DNA of 64,000 nucleotides from an uncultured Eubacteriales bacterium (GTDB lineage: Bacteria > Bacillota > Clostridia > Oscillospirales > Oscillospiraceae). The stretch is from NCBI GenBank assembly GCA_900543625.1, contig UQSF01000001.1, forward strand, positions 79,916 to 143,915. The letters run 5' to 3'. The notes beneath the pieces were generated by a model. That model worked only from the letters and a program-made list of their open reading frames with translations. It did no database searches and was not told the DNA's origin. Both the position numbers and the translations under genes were made by a program. Positions 49,484 to 59,187 of the stretch are shown in pieces; position 1 is the stretch's first letter, and each line of letters begins with the position of its first letter.

Positions 49484-50148
49484 GCGTCCTCCCTCCGGGT
49501 CACGGCCTCGAGATAGTCGTAGTACGGCAGCAGGAAGCCGAACCCGCGCACGAGCTCGTCTGTCAGCGCGGGGGAGAAGAGCAGGTCGTCGTGCGCGCGC
49601 ACGCACGAGAGATCGAGCACGCGCTTGTTGTACCACGGAGAGAGCAGCGCGCCGGGGTTGCCCTTCGGCCGGACATAGTCCTGCCCCGCGAGCACGAAGG
49701 TGCTCTGCGCGTTCAGGCGCTCCGCCAGCGCCGTCAGCGGCAGGGGGTCTGCGTCGATCGCACGGCGGAAGCACGCCATCGTGTTTGCCTTTGCCCAGTA
49801 GCAGCCCATGCCGTAGCTGTAGTTGTGCGGGGTGATCTCAAAGTAAAACGCAGGGATCTCCGGCCCGCGGCTGCTGTCGCAGCGCAGCGTGAACCAGAGG
49901 CTTTCCTTATACGGTCCATTGCCGTGCAGCCGCCGCGCATCGCGGTAGATGCGCGCCACGTGCAGATACCACTTCCGCTGTGGGTATGCCTGCTCGAGCG
50001 CGGTGGTCACGTCGGCGGCCAGCGCCTTCATCGGGCGGTCGAGCGTGTCGACAAAGACCTGCTTATGCTCCAGAAACCATGGGCGCTCGTTGTGAAAGCG
50101 CAGCTCCCAGAGAAAGTCGATCGTTGCGTCGGAAAAGCCAGTGAACAT
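49480..50148 (-). CDS. DUF2461 (TIGR02453) family protein
   Basis: MFTGFSDATIDFLWELRFHNERPWF matches the family N-terminal pattern. Confidence 0.7.
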   Translation of the reverse strand: MFTGFSDATIDFLWELRFHNERPWFLEHKQVFVDTLDRPMKALAADVTTALEQAYPQRKWYLHVARIYRDARRLHGNGPYKESLWFTLRCDSSRGPEIPAFYFEITPHNYSYGMGCYWAKANTMACFRRAIDADPLPLTALAERLNAQSTFVLAGQDYVRPKGNPGALLSPWYNKRVLDLSCVRAHDDLLFSPALTDELVRGFGFLLPYYDYLEAVTRREDA

Positions 50149-50331
50149 ATGCGTTGCTCCTTGTCATGCCTTGAAAGTACCCTCATCTTACTCCGAAAGG
50201 TGCGCGCTTGCAAGAGCACGCACACAGTGCAAATTGCCGAATCATGGTTGCTTTTTTATCAAATCTTTTGTATACTGTTTTTTGCGTGCCTTAGCACGCA
50301 GAGAAAAAGAAAACTGTAGAGGAGACAAAAC

Positions 50332-51744
50332 ATGATTGAATCAATTGACAGAGTTGTCAATGCGATCGGCGGTTTTTTGTACCGGCCGTACATCGTGCCT
50401 CTGTTTCTGCTCGCCGCGGGTCTGTATTTCACGATCCGTACCGGGCTGATCCAGTTCCGGCTGTTCGGTGAGTCGATCCGCGTTGTCAAGGAAAAGCCGA
50501 AAGAGAAGGGCAGCATTTCGTCCTTCGGTGCGCTCATGGTGTCCACGGCGTCGCGCGTCGGCACGGGCAACATCGTCGGCGTGTCTACGGCCATCTGCCT
50601 CGGCGGCTTCGGCGCCGTGTTCTGGATGTGGGTCGTGGCGCTGGTCGGCGGTGCGAGCGCATTTATCGAGTCTGCGCTCGCGCAGGTCTATAAAAAGCGC
50701 GATGCGGACGGCAGCAGCTACGGCGGCCCGTCGTACTACATGGAGCAGGCGCTGCACCAGCGCTGGCTCGGCATCGTGTTCGCGGTCGTGCTGATCCTGA
50801 CCTATGTCGTGGGCTTTAATATGCTCGCGGCCTACAACCTGCAGGATGCGTTCGGCGGCTTCAGCTTCTATGTCAAGGGCCGCACGCCGTACATCATCGG
50901 CGCGATCCTTGCGGTGCTGTTCGCCCTGTGCGTGCTCGGCGGCGGCAAGCGCCTGACCAACGTCACGGGCGTGCTCGTGCCGGTCATGGGCCTGCTGTAC
51001 ATCGTGATGTCGCTCGTCGTCGTGTTTATGAACATCAGGATCTTCCCGAGCGTCATCGCCAACATCTTCCGCGATGCGTTCAACTTCAAGGCGGCGTTCA
51101 GCGGCTTCACCGGCTCTTGCATCATGTGGGGCATCAAGCGCGGCCTGTACTCCAACGAGGCCGGTATGGGCTCGGCACCGAACGCGGCCGCCACGGCCGA
51201 TGTCTCGCACCCGGCCAAGCAGGGCCTTGTGCAGATGCTGTCCGTGTTCATCGACACGCTGCTCATCTGCTCCGCCACGGCGTTCATGTGCCTGTGCTCG
51301 GGCGTTGTCCCGACGCCCGAGGCCGCCGGCGCTGCTTACGTGCAGGCGTCCGTGCAGCAGTCGCTCGGCAGCTTCGGCCCGATCTTCATCGCTATCTCCA
51401 TGTGCCTGTTCGCGTTCACGACGCTCATCGGCAACTACTATTACTGCGAGGGCTGCCTGAAGTACATCCTCAAGCGCGACCCGAGCAAGGCGGGCATGAC
51501 GGTGTTCCGCGTGCTTGCGTCCCTGATCGTGTTCGTCGGCGCGACGGTCAGCGCCGGCCTCGCGTGGGATACGGCCGACATGCTCCAGGCCACGATGGTC
51601 ATCATCAATGTCCCCGTCATCCTGATCCTCGGCAACAAGGGCGTTGCCGTGCTCAAGGACTATATGCGTCAGCGCAGCGAGGGCAAGGATCCGCAGTTCC
51701 ACGCCGCCGACATCGGCATCACCGGAACGGATTTCTGGAACTAA
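50332..51744 (+). CDS. alanine/glycine:cation (sodium) symporter, AGCS family
   Basis: 470 aa polytopic; AGCS family pattern. Confidence 0.85.
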   Translation: MIESIDRVVNAIGGFLYRPYIVPLFLLAAGLYFTIRTGLIQFRLFGESIRVVKEKPKEKGSISSFGALMVSTASRVGTGNIVGVSTAICLGGFGAVFWMWVVALVGGASAFIESALAQVYKKRDADGSSYGGPSYYMEQALHQRWLGIVFAVVLILTYVVGFNMLAAYNLQDAFGGFSFYVKGRTPYIIGAILAVLFALCVLGGGKRLTNVTGVLVPVMGLLYIVMSLVVVFMNIRIFPSVIANIFRDAFNFKAAFSGFTGSCIMWGIKRGLYSNEAGMGSAPNAAATADVSHPAKQGLVQMLSVFIDTLLICSATAFMCLCSGVVPTPEAAGAAYVQASVQQSLGSFGPIFIAISMCLFAFTTLIGNYYYCEGCLKYILKRDPSKAGMTVFRVLASLIVFVGATVSAGLAWDTADMLQATMVIINVPVILILGNKGVAVLKDYMRQRSEGKDPQFHAADIGITGTDFWN

Positions 51745-51800
51745 ACCGCATTTTATAACGAAAAAGAGAGCTTGTCACGAATCGTGACAAGCTCTCTTTT

Positions 51801-51974
51801 CAGTTTACCAAAGAACCTCGTAGCCTTTCGCCGCCGCAGCGGCGAAAGAAAGTCCGATCATTTTCTTCGGCGACATGTGCGGCGAAGAAAATACCGCTCA
51901 GGCTGCAAGTGTGGAATTTGTGCGCGCAGCAGACTGCAATCCCTTTGTCAAAAAGTATTACTTTTTGACAGTCT
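51801..51974 (-). repeat. copy 4 of the repeat family (reverse orientation, shorter: lacks the central variable hairpin)
   Basis: flanked by hairpins AGAGAGCTTGTCACGAATCGTGACAAGCTCTCT (51765-51797) and AGAGAGCTTGTGACAAGCTCTCT (51977-51999). Confidence 0.8.
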
Positions 51975-52015
51975 CAAGAGAGCTTGTGACAAGCTCTCTT
52001 TTTTGCGCCCTGCGC

Positions 52016-53008
52016 TCAGGCCGGGCACGATTTCCGGTAGATGATCGTCGGGTGCAGCGAGATCTCCTGCGGATAGCTCGCCCGCCCGGTCGCAATGTCC
52101 ATGCCGAGGCGCATGGCCATGTAGCACAGGTCGCGGAACTTCAGGTCCACCACGGTGATCGGCGGGTTGCTGTAGGCGAGCAGATCATCGTCGCTCGAGC
52201 TGGTGGTGAGGATCTCCACGTCCTTGCCGACGACGATGTTCTCCTCCGACAGGGCGGTGGTGAGGCCGAGCGCCGTCATGTCATACGTGCAGCAGATGAC
52301 CTTCTTGAGCCGGTTGCTGTGCACGAGCGCCTTGCCAAGCTCATAGCCGGCGCGGATGCTCGTGTCGGCGCTGATGGTGCTGTGCTCAAGATTTACGCCG
52401 TGCTGCAGGCAGTAGTCGGAAAAGGCGCTGCTGCGCCACGACGTGCCGAACAGGGTCGGCGATGAGACGAGCAGGATGCTGTCTCCGCCGCGCTTGAGGG
52501 CGTGCTCGGCGGCGAGACGGCCGGACTCAAGCTGGTCGAAGCCGACGTAGGAGTAGTTCGGCAGCGTGCGGTTGAGCAGGATGACCGGCACGAGCGTCTG
52601 CTTCTCGGCGAGGTTTGCCAGATCCGTTCCGCCGGGGGAGATGACGATGGCGGAAGAGCCCTTGCGCTCGGCCCAAAGCTCCCGCTGGAGGTGGAGCTGG
52701 TTTTGCGTGTACGGCCGCAGGAGAATGTCGATGTTCGAGGTCTCGGCGTCGACGATGCGGTTGAAGGCGTCAAGAAACGTCGGCAGCAGCATCTTGAGCC
52801 CCGAGAGCGGGAAGTAGACCGTGACGCGGTACTTGAGCACTGCCTTGTTGCGGCCTTTATATTCATAGTCGAGGCTCTCTGCCGCTTTTCGGATCTCCTG
52901 CTGCGTCTGCTCGGTGATGCGCTTTTCCGTGCCGCGGCCGGACAGGACATAGGAGACGGTCGCTGTGGAGACGCCGCAGATGTCCGCGATGTCTTTGAGT
53001 GTAGCCAT
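52016..53008 (-). CDS. LacI-family transcriptional regulator
   Basis: HTH LKDIADICGVSTATVSYVLSG; start at ATG 53008 with AAGGAAG RBS. Confidence 0.85.
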   Translation of the reverse strand: MATLKDIADICGVSTATVSYVLSGRGTEKRITEQTQQEIRKAAESLDYEYKGRNKAVLKYRVTVYFPLSGLKMLLPTFLDAFNRIVDAETSNIDILLRPYTQNQLHLQRELWAERKGSSAIVISPGGTDLANLAEKQTLVPVILLNRTLPNYSYVGFDQLESGRLAAEHALKRGGDSILLVSSPTLFGTSWRSSAFSDYCLQHGVNLEHSTISADTSIRAGYELGKALVHSNRLKKVICCTYDMTALGLTTALSEENIVVGKDVEILTTSSSDDDLLAYSNPPITVVDLKFRDLCYMAMRLGMDIATGRASYPQEISLHPTIIYRKSCPA

Positions 53009-53375
53009 AACGGAAAACTTCCTTTGTGTCATAATGGTTGCGCGGGTGAACCGCTGCTGCTTAACATTATACTAAACAGTCGTTAAAAAAGCAATACATG
53101 CTTAACTTATTTTAAATTAATTTTGCTTATCTTTAAATAATTTAAGCAGAGATGCGCCGAAATGCTATAGAATTCCGGCCGTTAAATGGGCGAAATGATG
53201 ATAATTTCGCGTTTTCGCAATTTCAGATTGACAAATTTCAAGGAAAGTGCAAAATATAAGTAACGATTGACAAGGTTTTTGTCTCAGGTTATTAAGCTTA
53301 CTTGTTAAGCAAAATGATGTCACGGTAACACAAGGTAGTCACGAAATAAAAACGGAATGTCAGGAGGAATCTATC

Positions 53376-54278
53376 ATGGCAAACAAGATCAATGTTCTGG
53401 AATGCGGCCCGCGCGACGGTTGGCAGAATCTTAAGCAGATGCTGACCTTTGAGCAGAAGCTCGACCTAATCGACAGACTGTTCGACGCCGGTGTGACGCA
53501 GATGGAGGTCACGTCCTTCGTCAGCCCCAAGGCGATCCCGCAGATGGCGGACGCGGCGGATCTGGCCAAGGCCTGCATCGAGAAGTATCCGAACGCGGTG
53601 CTGTATGCGCTCGCGCCGAACTTCCGCGGCGTGGAAAACGCCTTCAACGCCGGCATCCGCAACATCTCTTACGTGATCTCGGTCAGCGAGAGCCACAACA
53701 AGGCCAACATCCGCAGAACGCATGAGGAGTCTCTGGAAGAGCTGCAGAAGATCATGGACACCTACCCGCAGATGAACATCTGCGTGGCGCTGGCAACGTC
53801 GTTCGGCTGCCCGTTTGAGGGCATCCCGCCGATCCAGAAGGTGGTCGACTTCACCAAGCGCGTCTACGACATGGGCATCCGTTCCATCTGCCTGGCCGAC
53901 ACGATCGGCATCGCCGACCCGCGTCAGGTGCGTGATACGATCCACGCCGTGACCGAGGTCATGCCCGACTGCGAGTTCCAGATCCACATCCACGACACCC
54001 GCGGCATGGGTCAGGCCAATACGCTCGCCGCCATCGAGTGCGGCATCAAGACGGTGCAGTCCACGCTCGGCGGCCTCGGCGGCTGCCCGTTCGCACCGGG
54101 CGCCTCCGGCAACACCGCCACGGAGGATCTCGTGTACATGCTCCAGCGCATGGGCTACGACACCGGCATCGACTTCGAAAAGCTGCTGGCTGCCGCGAAG
54201 TATCAGAAGAGCTTCATCGACGGCATCTACAGCGGCCATCAGCAGAACATCAACACTAAGACCCCGCCCTGCTGCTGA
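53376..54278 (+). CDS. HMGL-like (DRE-TIM) metallolyase, hydroxymethylglutaryl-CoA lyase family
   Basis: ECGPRDGWQN signature; HIHDTRG metal ligands. Confidence 0.8.
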   Translation: MANKINVLECGPRDGWQNLKQMLTFEQKLDLIDRLFDAGVTQMEVTSFVSPKAIPQMADAADLAKACIEKYPNAVLYALAPNFRGVENAFNAGIRNISYVISVSESHNKANIRRTHEESLEELQKIMDTYPQMNICVALATSFGCPFEGIPPIQKVVDFTKRVYDMGIRSICLADTIGIADPRQVRDTIHAVTEVMPDCEFQIHIHDTRGMGQANTLAAIECGIKTVQSTLGGLGGCPFAPGASGNTATEDLVYMLQRMGYDTGIDFEKLLAAAKYQKSFIDGIYSGHQQNINTKTPPCC

Positions 54279-54327
54279 GAGCGGCACGCATCCACAAATC
54301 TGAACCATATTAGAGAGGGAATCATTT

Positions 54328-55608
54328 ATGGAAACTGCATTTGACATTATCTCGTTGGTGCTGTTCATCGTCGTGATCCTGCTGGCTTTCTTCCGCAAGG
54401 TCAACGTCGGTGTTGTGGCAGTCACATTCGGCGTTATCATGGTGCGTATCTTCGGCCTGACCGATAAAGATCTGATCGGCGGCTTCAGCACCTCAATGTT
54501 TACCACGCTCGTCGGCATCACGCTGCTGTTCGCGGCCATCACGCAGACCGGCGCGCTGGATCTGCTGGCCAGAAAGATCATCGCGCTGGCCGGAAACAAG
54601 ATGTGGGTCCTGCCCATCATGGTCTACATTGCCGGCTTCGTCATTGCCGGCGTCGGTCCCGGCGCTGTGCCTGCGCTGGCGATCATCCCCGCACTCGCGG
54701 CGATCATCGCCGTGGAGGTCGGCTTCAACCCGCTGATGCTCGTCCTGATCGGCGAGCAGGGCCTGATGGCCGGACGTATGACGCCCATCACGCCTGAGGC
54801 TGCCATCATCACCGGCGCCGCAGCCGAGGCCAACATTGCAAACGTTATGCCCACCATTCTGGTCTGCCAGACGCTCGTGACGATCGTGTCCTCGCTCGTG
54901 TTCTGGTTCATCTTCAAGGGCCACAAGGTCAAGCAGCCGCTCAACCCGATCGAGCGCGGCACGCTTGAGAAGTTCAACGCAAAGCAGATCATCTCTCTGC
55001 TGAGCATCGTGCTCATGCTCGTGCTGCTGATCTTCGTCAAGGTCAACATCGGCGTCGCCGCCTTCGCGGTTGCCGGCCTGCTGTTCCTGTTCGGCGTTGC
55101 CGACGACGGCAAGGCGCTCAAGTCCCTGCCCTGGGGCACCATCGTGATGGTTCTCGCGGTCGGCTCCCTGCTCAACATCGTCAACAAGATGGGCGGCATC
55201 GATCTGATGAGCAACGCGCTCGCCAAGATCATGACCAAGGGCACTGCAACCCCGTTCATGGGCATCTCCGCTGCACTGCTGAGCCTTGTCAGCTCCGCGC
55301 TCGGCGTGGTGTACCCGACGATGATGCCGATGTGCGCAGACATCGCTGCCCAGGTCGGCGGCGTGAACCCGGTCGCACTGATGGCGGCTGTCGGCGCCGG
55401 CGGCTCTCTGTCCGGCATCTCCCCGCTGTCCACCGGCGGCGCGCTGGCTATGGCGGCGCTCGCAACTGCGCTCCCCAACCGCACCAAGGAGGACGAGAAC
55501 AAGACGTTCGTGCAGCTGTTCATCTACGCCGGCCTTGCGATCCTGATCCTGATCGTGCTTTGCTCGACCATCTACGTCCCGCTGGCAAACCTGCTGCATG
55601 GCGCCTGA
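54328..55608 (+). CDS. polytopic anion permease (GntP/CitMHS-like ion transporter superfamily), family uncertain
   Basis: 426 aa, ~12 TM, Gly/Ala-rich helices; between the lyase and CoA-transferase genes. Confidence 0.5.
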   Translation: METAFDIISLVLFIVVILLAFFRKVNVGVVAVTFGVIMVRIFGLTDKDLIGGFSTSMFTTLVGITLLFAAITQTGALDLLARKIIALAGNKMWVLPIMVYIAGFVIAGVGPGAVPALAIIPALAAIIAVEVGFNPLMLVLIGEQGLMAGRMTPITPEAAIITGAAAEANIANVMPTILVCQTLVTIVSSLVFWFIFKGHKVKQPLNPIERGTLEKFNAKQIISLLSIVLMLVLLIFVKVNIGVAAFAVAGLLFLFGVADDGKALKSLPWGTIVMVLAVGSLLNIVNKMGGIDLMSNALAKIMTKGTATPFMGISAALLSLVSSALGVVYPTMMPMCADIAAQVGGVNPVALMAAVGAGGSLSGISPLSTGGALAMAALATALPNRTKEDENKTFVQLFIYAGLAILILIVLCSTIYVPLANLLHGA

Positions 55609-55660
55609 TCCCCGGAAACGTTTGACTGCAATCTGATTATCTGATAAAGGAGATATTTCC

Positions 55661-56854
55661 ATGGAAAAAGCATTGAGCAATATTACCGTTCTGGACCTGA
55701 CCCGCGTTCTGGCCGGTCCGTACTGCACGATGATGCTGGCCGACTACGGCGCCAACGTCATCAAGATCGAGATGCCGGGCAAGGGCGACGATACCCGCGC
55801 CATGGGCCCGAAGAAGAACGACTACAGCATGTACTATGCCTACGTCAACCGCGGCAAGAAGGGCATCACCCTGAACCTGAAGTCTGAGGAGGGCAAAAAG
55901 CTCTTCCTCGAGATGGTCAAGAAGGCCGACGTCGTCGTCGAGAACTACCGCCCCGGCGTTATGGACAAGCTGGGTGTCGGCTATGACGTGCTCAAGGAGG
56001 TCAACGACCAGATCATCTACGCCGCCGTCTCCGGCTTCGGCTGCTACGGCCCGAAGCACCAGCGCCCCGGCTATGACATCATCGCACAGGCCACCTCCGG
56101 CCTCATGAGCATCACCGGCGAGGCCGGCGGTCAGCCGCTGCGTGTCGGCAATGCCATGGGCGACGTGCTCGGCGGCATGAACCTCACCATCGGCATCCTC
56201 ATGGCGCTCAACGCCCGCACCGTCACCGGCCGCGGCCAGCGCGTGGACGTCGCGCTCGTTGACTCCGTCGTCTCCAGCCTTGAGGTCGGCTGGCAGCGCT
56301 TCTTCGCCTCCGGCAAGCAGCCCGAGCTGATCGGCAACCGCTACGCCTCCGCCTTCCCGTATGACTCCTTCCAGGCCAGCGACGGACGCTTCGTCATCGG
56401 CTGCGGCAACGACAAGCTCTTCACGCTCCTGTGCACCAAGGCGCTCGACCGCGCCGACCTGCTCGAGGATCCGCGCTTTGACACCAACATCCACCGCTGC
56501 GAGAACTACGCCGCGCTCAAGCCCGAGATCGAGAAGTGGAGCTCCCAGCACACCATCGCCGATTGCGTGGCCATCATCGATGCGGCCGGTGTCCCGGTTG
56601 CGCCGATCAATATGCTCGCCGACGTCGTCAACGACGACCACATCGCCAACGCCCGCGAGATGTTTGTGCACCTGCAGCACCCGGTCATCGGCGATATGAT
56701 CGTCCCCGGCAACCCGGTCAAGCTCATGGATACCAAGCCGGAGATCACCAAGTGCGCGCCCGACCTCGGTCAGGACAACAAGGAGATCTACGAGGGTGTG
56801 CTCGGCCTGTCCGACGCAGACCTTGCCAGACTGAAAGAAGAAAAAGTGATCTGA
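55661..56854 (+). CDS. family III CoA-transferase (CaiB/BaiF family)
   Basis: N-terminal VLDLTRVLAGPYCTMMLADYGA... family pattern. Confidence 0.85.
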   Translation: MEKALSNITVLDLTRVLAGPYCTMMLADYGANVIKIEMPGKGDDTRAMGPKKNDYSMYYAYVNRGKKGITLNLKSEEGKKLFLEMVKKADVVVENYRPGVMDKLGVGYDVLKEVNDQIIYAAVSGFGCYGPKHQRPGYDIIAQATSGLMSITGEAGGQPLRVGNAMGDVLGGMNLTIGILMALNARTVTGRGQRVDVALVDSVVSSLEVGWQRFFASGKQPELIGNRYASAFPYDSFQASDGRFVIGCGNDKLFTLLCTKALDRADLLEDPRFDTNIHRCENYAALKPEIEKWSSQHTIADCVAIIDAAGVPVAPINMLADVVNDDHIANAREMFVHLQHPVIGDMIVPGNPVKLMDTKPEITKCAPDLGQDNKEIYEGVLGLSDADLARLKEEKVI

Positions 56855-56928
56855 GTTTTTCGCTTTCGTTTCTCTCCCCCCATAACTCCCTTCAAACATC
56901 CTCTCAAATCCTTTTTCTTTTCTCTCAT

Positions 56929-56964
56929 AAAAAACGCTCATGGCTTTTGCCATGAGCGTTTTTT
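56929..56964. terminator. bidirectional rho-independent terminator
   Basis: AAAAAACGCTCATGGC-TTTT-GCCATGAGCGTTTTTT between convergent CoA-transferase and bioY. Confidence 0.75.
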
Positions 56965-57014
56965 CAGCCTGCCGGAAAATCTTTTGGGTGTTCCGGCAAA
57001 AGGCTTTCCGCCGC

Positions 57015-57548
57015 TTATGCGGGGATGCGTCGGTACAACCGCGCGCGCAGCAGCGTCGCCAGGGCGAGCTTGATCGCGTCCGGCAGCAGAAACGGCAGCA
57101 CGCACTTTGCCAGCACCACGCCGAGCGTGATCGCGCCCGTGCGGGTGTAGACGATGAGAAACCACGCCGTGCCGAATGCGTAGCACACGAGCAGTCCCAC
57201 GGCAGCCGACAGCACGAACACCCACTGCCCGAGCCCCCAGCGCGCCTGCGCGAGGGTGATGATGAGCGCCAGCAGGATGAAGCCGACGAGGTATCCGCCG
57301 GTCGTGCCGATCAGGGACGCGAACCCGCCGCGAAAGCCCGCGAACACCGGCGCACCCACCGCGCCCAGCAGCAGATACACCAGCACGCTCACCGTGCCGC
57401 GTTTGCCGCCGAGCAGCCCGCACACGGCGAAGATCGCAAAGGTCTGCAGCGTGAACGGCACGTCCGCCGGGATGCTGATCCATGCGCACACGGCGATGAG
57501 CGCCGCGCCGATCGCGCAAAAGCAAAGGTCTCTTGTGGAAAATTTCAT
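57015..57548 (-). CDS. bioY: biotin transporter BioY (ECF S component)
   Basis: 177 aa from MKFSTRDL with GGAGG RBS; BioY-like TM pattern. Confidence 0.8.
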   Translation of the reverse strand: MKFSTRDLCFCAIGAALIAVCAWISIPADVPFTLQTFAIFAVCGLLGGKRGTVSVLVYLLLGAVGAPVFAGFRGGFASLIGTTGGYLVGFILLALIITLAQARWGLGQWVFVLSAAVGLLVCYAFGTAWFLIVYTRTGAITLGVVLAKCVLPFLLPDAIKLALATLLRARLYRRIPA

Positions 57549-57559
57549 AGCATTGCCTC

Positions 57560-57654
57560 CGATTGTAAAGTAAAGCGTGAACGAACTTAACAATCGGACG
57601 ATAGCACACACGCGCTCGATTGTCAACCAAAAGTGAAAATATCTTTACAATCTG
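57560..57654. promoter_or_regulatory. two candidate BirA operator sites in the bioY-birA divergent region
   Basis: ATTGTAAAG-N15-CTTAACAAT (57562-57594) and ATTGTCAACC-N14-CTTTACAAT (57619-57651). Confidence 0.5.
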
Positions 57655-57709
57655 CGCGCCGTGGTTTACACTATAGGAAAAGAAACCGCACGACAAGGGG
57701 TGTGATCGG

Positions 57710-58696
57710 ATGCTGCGGGATGATGTTTTGCTCCTGCTCACGGAGGCAGAGGGCTATGTATCCGGCGAGGAGATGCGCGAGAAGCTGGGCGTGACGCGCG
57801 CGGCGGTCAGTCAGGCGGTGCGTGCACTGCGCGCCGCGGGCTATGACATTGACGCCGTCACGAACCGGGGCTATTGTCTGCGCGCGCGGCCGGATACGCT
57901 CACGGCCGGGGACGTGCTGCCCTATCTGCCGCAGGCGCGGCGGGCTCTGGTGCAGTGCTTTGCGCAGATCGACTCCACCAACAGCTACCTGAAGGCGGAG
58001 GCCATGGACGGCGCGCCGGACGGCCTGTGCGCCATTGCCGACCGGCAGACGGCGGGGCGCGGCCGCGCTGGGCGGTCGTTTCGCTCGGACGCGGGGCAGG
58101 GGGTCTACCTGTCGATGCTCCTGCGCCCGGCGTGCGCGCCGACGGCGGCCATGACTGTGACGGCGCACGTCGCGGTGGCTGTTTGCCGCGCGCTTGAGCG
58201 CTGCGGCGTGCAGCCGGGCATCAAGTGGACCAACGACCTTGTCCTCGGCACGAAAAAGATCTGCGGCATCCTCACGGAGCTCACCGTCGAGGCCGAGTCC
58301 GGCACGGTCGACTCCATTGTGGCCGGCATCGGCGTGAACGTGCGCCAGCGGCCGGAGGATTTCCCGGAAGAGCTGCGCGCCATCGCGGGCTCGGTGTATT
58401 CCGAGACCGGGCTCGAGCTCTCCCGCGCGCGCCTGGCCGCGGAGATGGTGCGTGCGCTCGATGAGATGTATCTCGACTGGCAGCGCGATCCGCGCGCATA
58501 TCTCAGCGACTACCGTGCGCGCTGCGTCACGGTCGGTCGGCCTGTGCGCGTCGTTCGCGGTGAAAATGTCCGCACCGGCTTTGCCGAGGCGGTGGACGAT
58601 GATTTCGCGCTCGTCGTCCGCTGGGAGGACGGCACGCGCGAGACCGTCACCGGCGGGGATGTGTCCGTGCGCGGGCTGTTCGGCTATCTGAACTGA
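57710..58696 (+). CDS. birA: bifunctional biotin-protein ligase / biotin operon repressor
   Basis: N-terminal HTH, central BPL domain GRGRxGRxF (AGRGRAGRSF), C-terminal domain. Confidence 0.9.
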   Translation: MLRDDVLLLLTEAEGYVSGEEMREKLGVTRAAVSQAVRALRAAGYDIDAVTNRGYCLRARPDTLTAGDVLPYLPQARRALVQCFAQIDSTNSYLKAEAMDGAPDGLCAIADRQTAGRGRAGRSFRSDAGQGVYLSMLLRPACAPTAAMTVTAHVAVAVCRALERCGVQPGIKWTNDLVLGTKKICGILTELTVEAESGTVDSIVAGIGVNVRQRPEDFPEELRAIAGSVYSETGLELSRARLAAEMVRALDEMYLDWQRDPRAYLSDYRARCVTVGRPVRVVRGENVRTGFAEAVDDDFALVVRWEDGTRETVTGGDVSVRGLFGYLN

Positions 58697-59084
58697 TCGC
58701 CCGACCGGAGAGAACTTCCGCACGGAGCCGGACGGCAGAGATGGGCATGTACATCCTAATGCGACAGGCGATTTTCGCTATTTCGATACGCTTTTTAAGG
58801 TTGGAAACGAATACTATACCGGCGTTATTAACATAATGCCGGTGAACAAGGGGCTGCTCCTGAAAGACATCACCAAAATATGAAACGTCACAAAGGACAT
58901 AACCGGCTCATACGGGGAAAACCCGCAGTCCAGATTCCTTCGTGACGCTTCTATGAACAGTATACGCTCCTCTGGCGGAAATAGTCAAGAGAAAAGTGGC
59001 GAGAGCGCGCTGTACCAGCGGCGTGACGACACGCGGACAGACCGCGACGTGCTTTCCGATGCTGCGGACGGCGACGCGGCCAAT

Positions 59085-59131
59085 GTGCGCGAGACCGTCA
59101 CCGGCGCGGGCTGTTCGGCTATCTGGACTGA
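59085..59131 (+). repeat. degenerate duplicate of the last ~60 bp of birA, ~390 bp downstream of the gene
   Basis: GTGCGCGAGACCGTCACCGGCG-CGGGCTGTTCGGCTATCTGGACTGA vs birA 58635-58696 with a 15-bp internal deletion. Confidence 0.6.
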
Positions 59132-59135
59132 ATAC

Positions 59136-59176
59136 AAAAGCAGCGGCTGCATCGCTTGGATGCAGCCGCTGCTTTT
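59136..59176 (-). terminator. terminator of greA
   Basis: AAAAGCAGCGGCTGCATC-GCTT-GGATGCAGCCGCTGCTTTT. Confidence 0.7.
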
Positions 59177-59187
59177 CTGCGCGGGTT

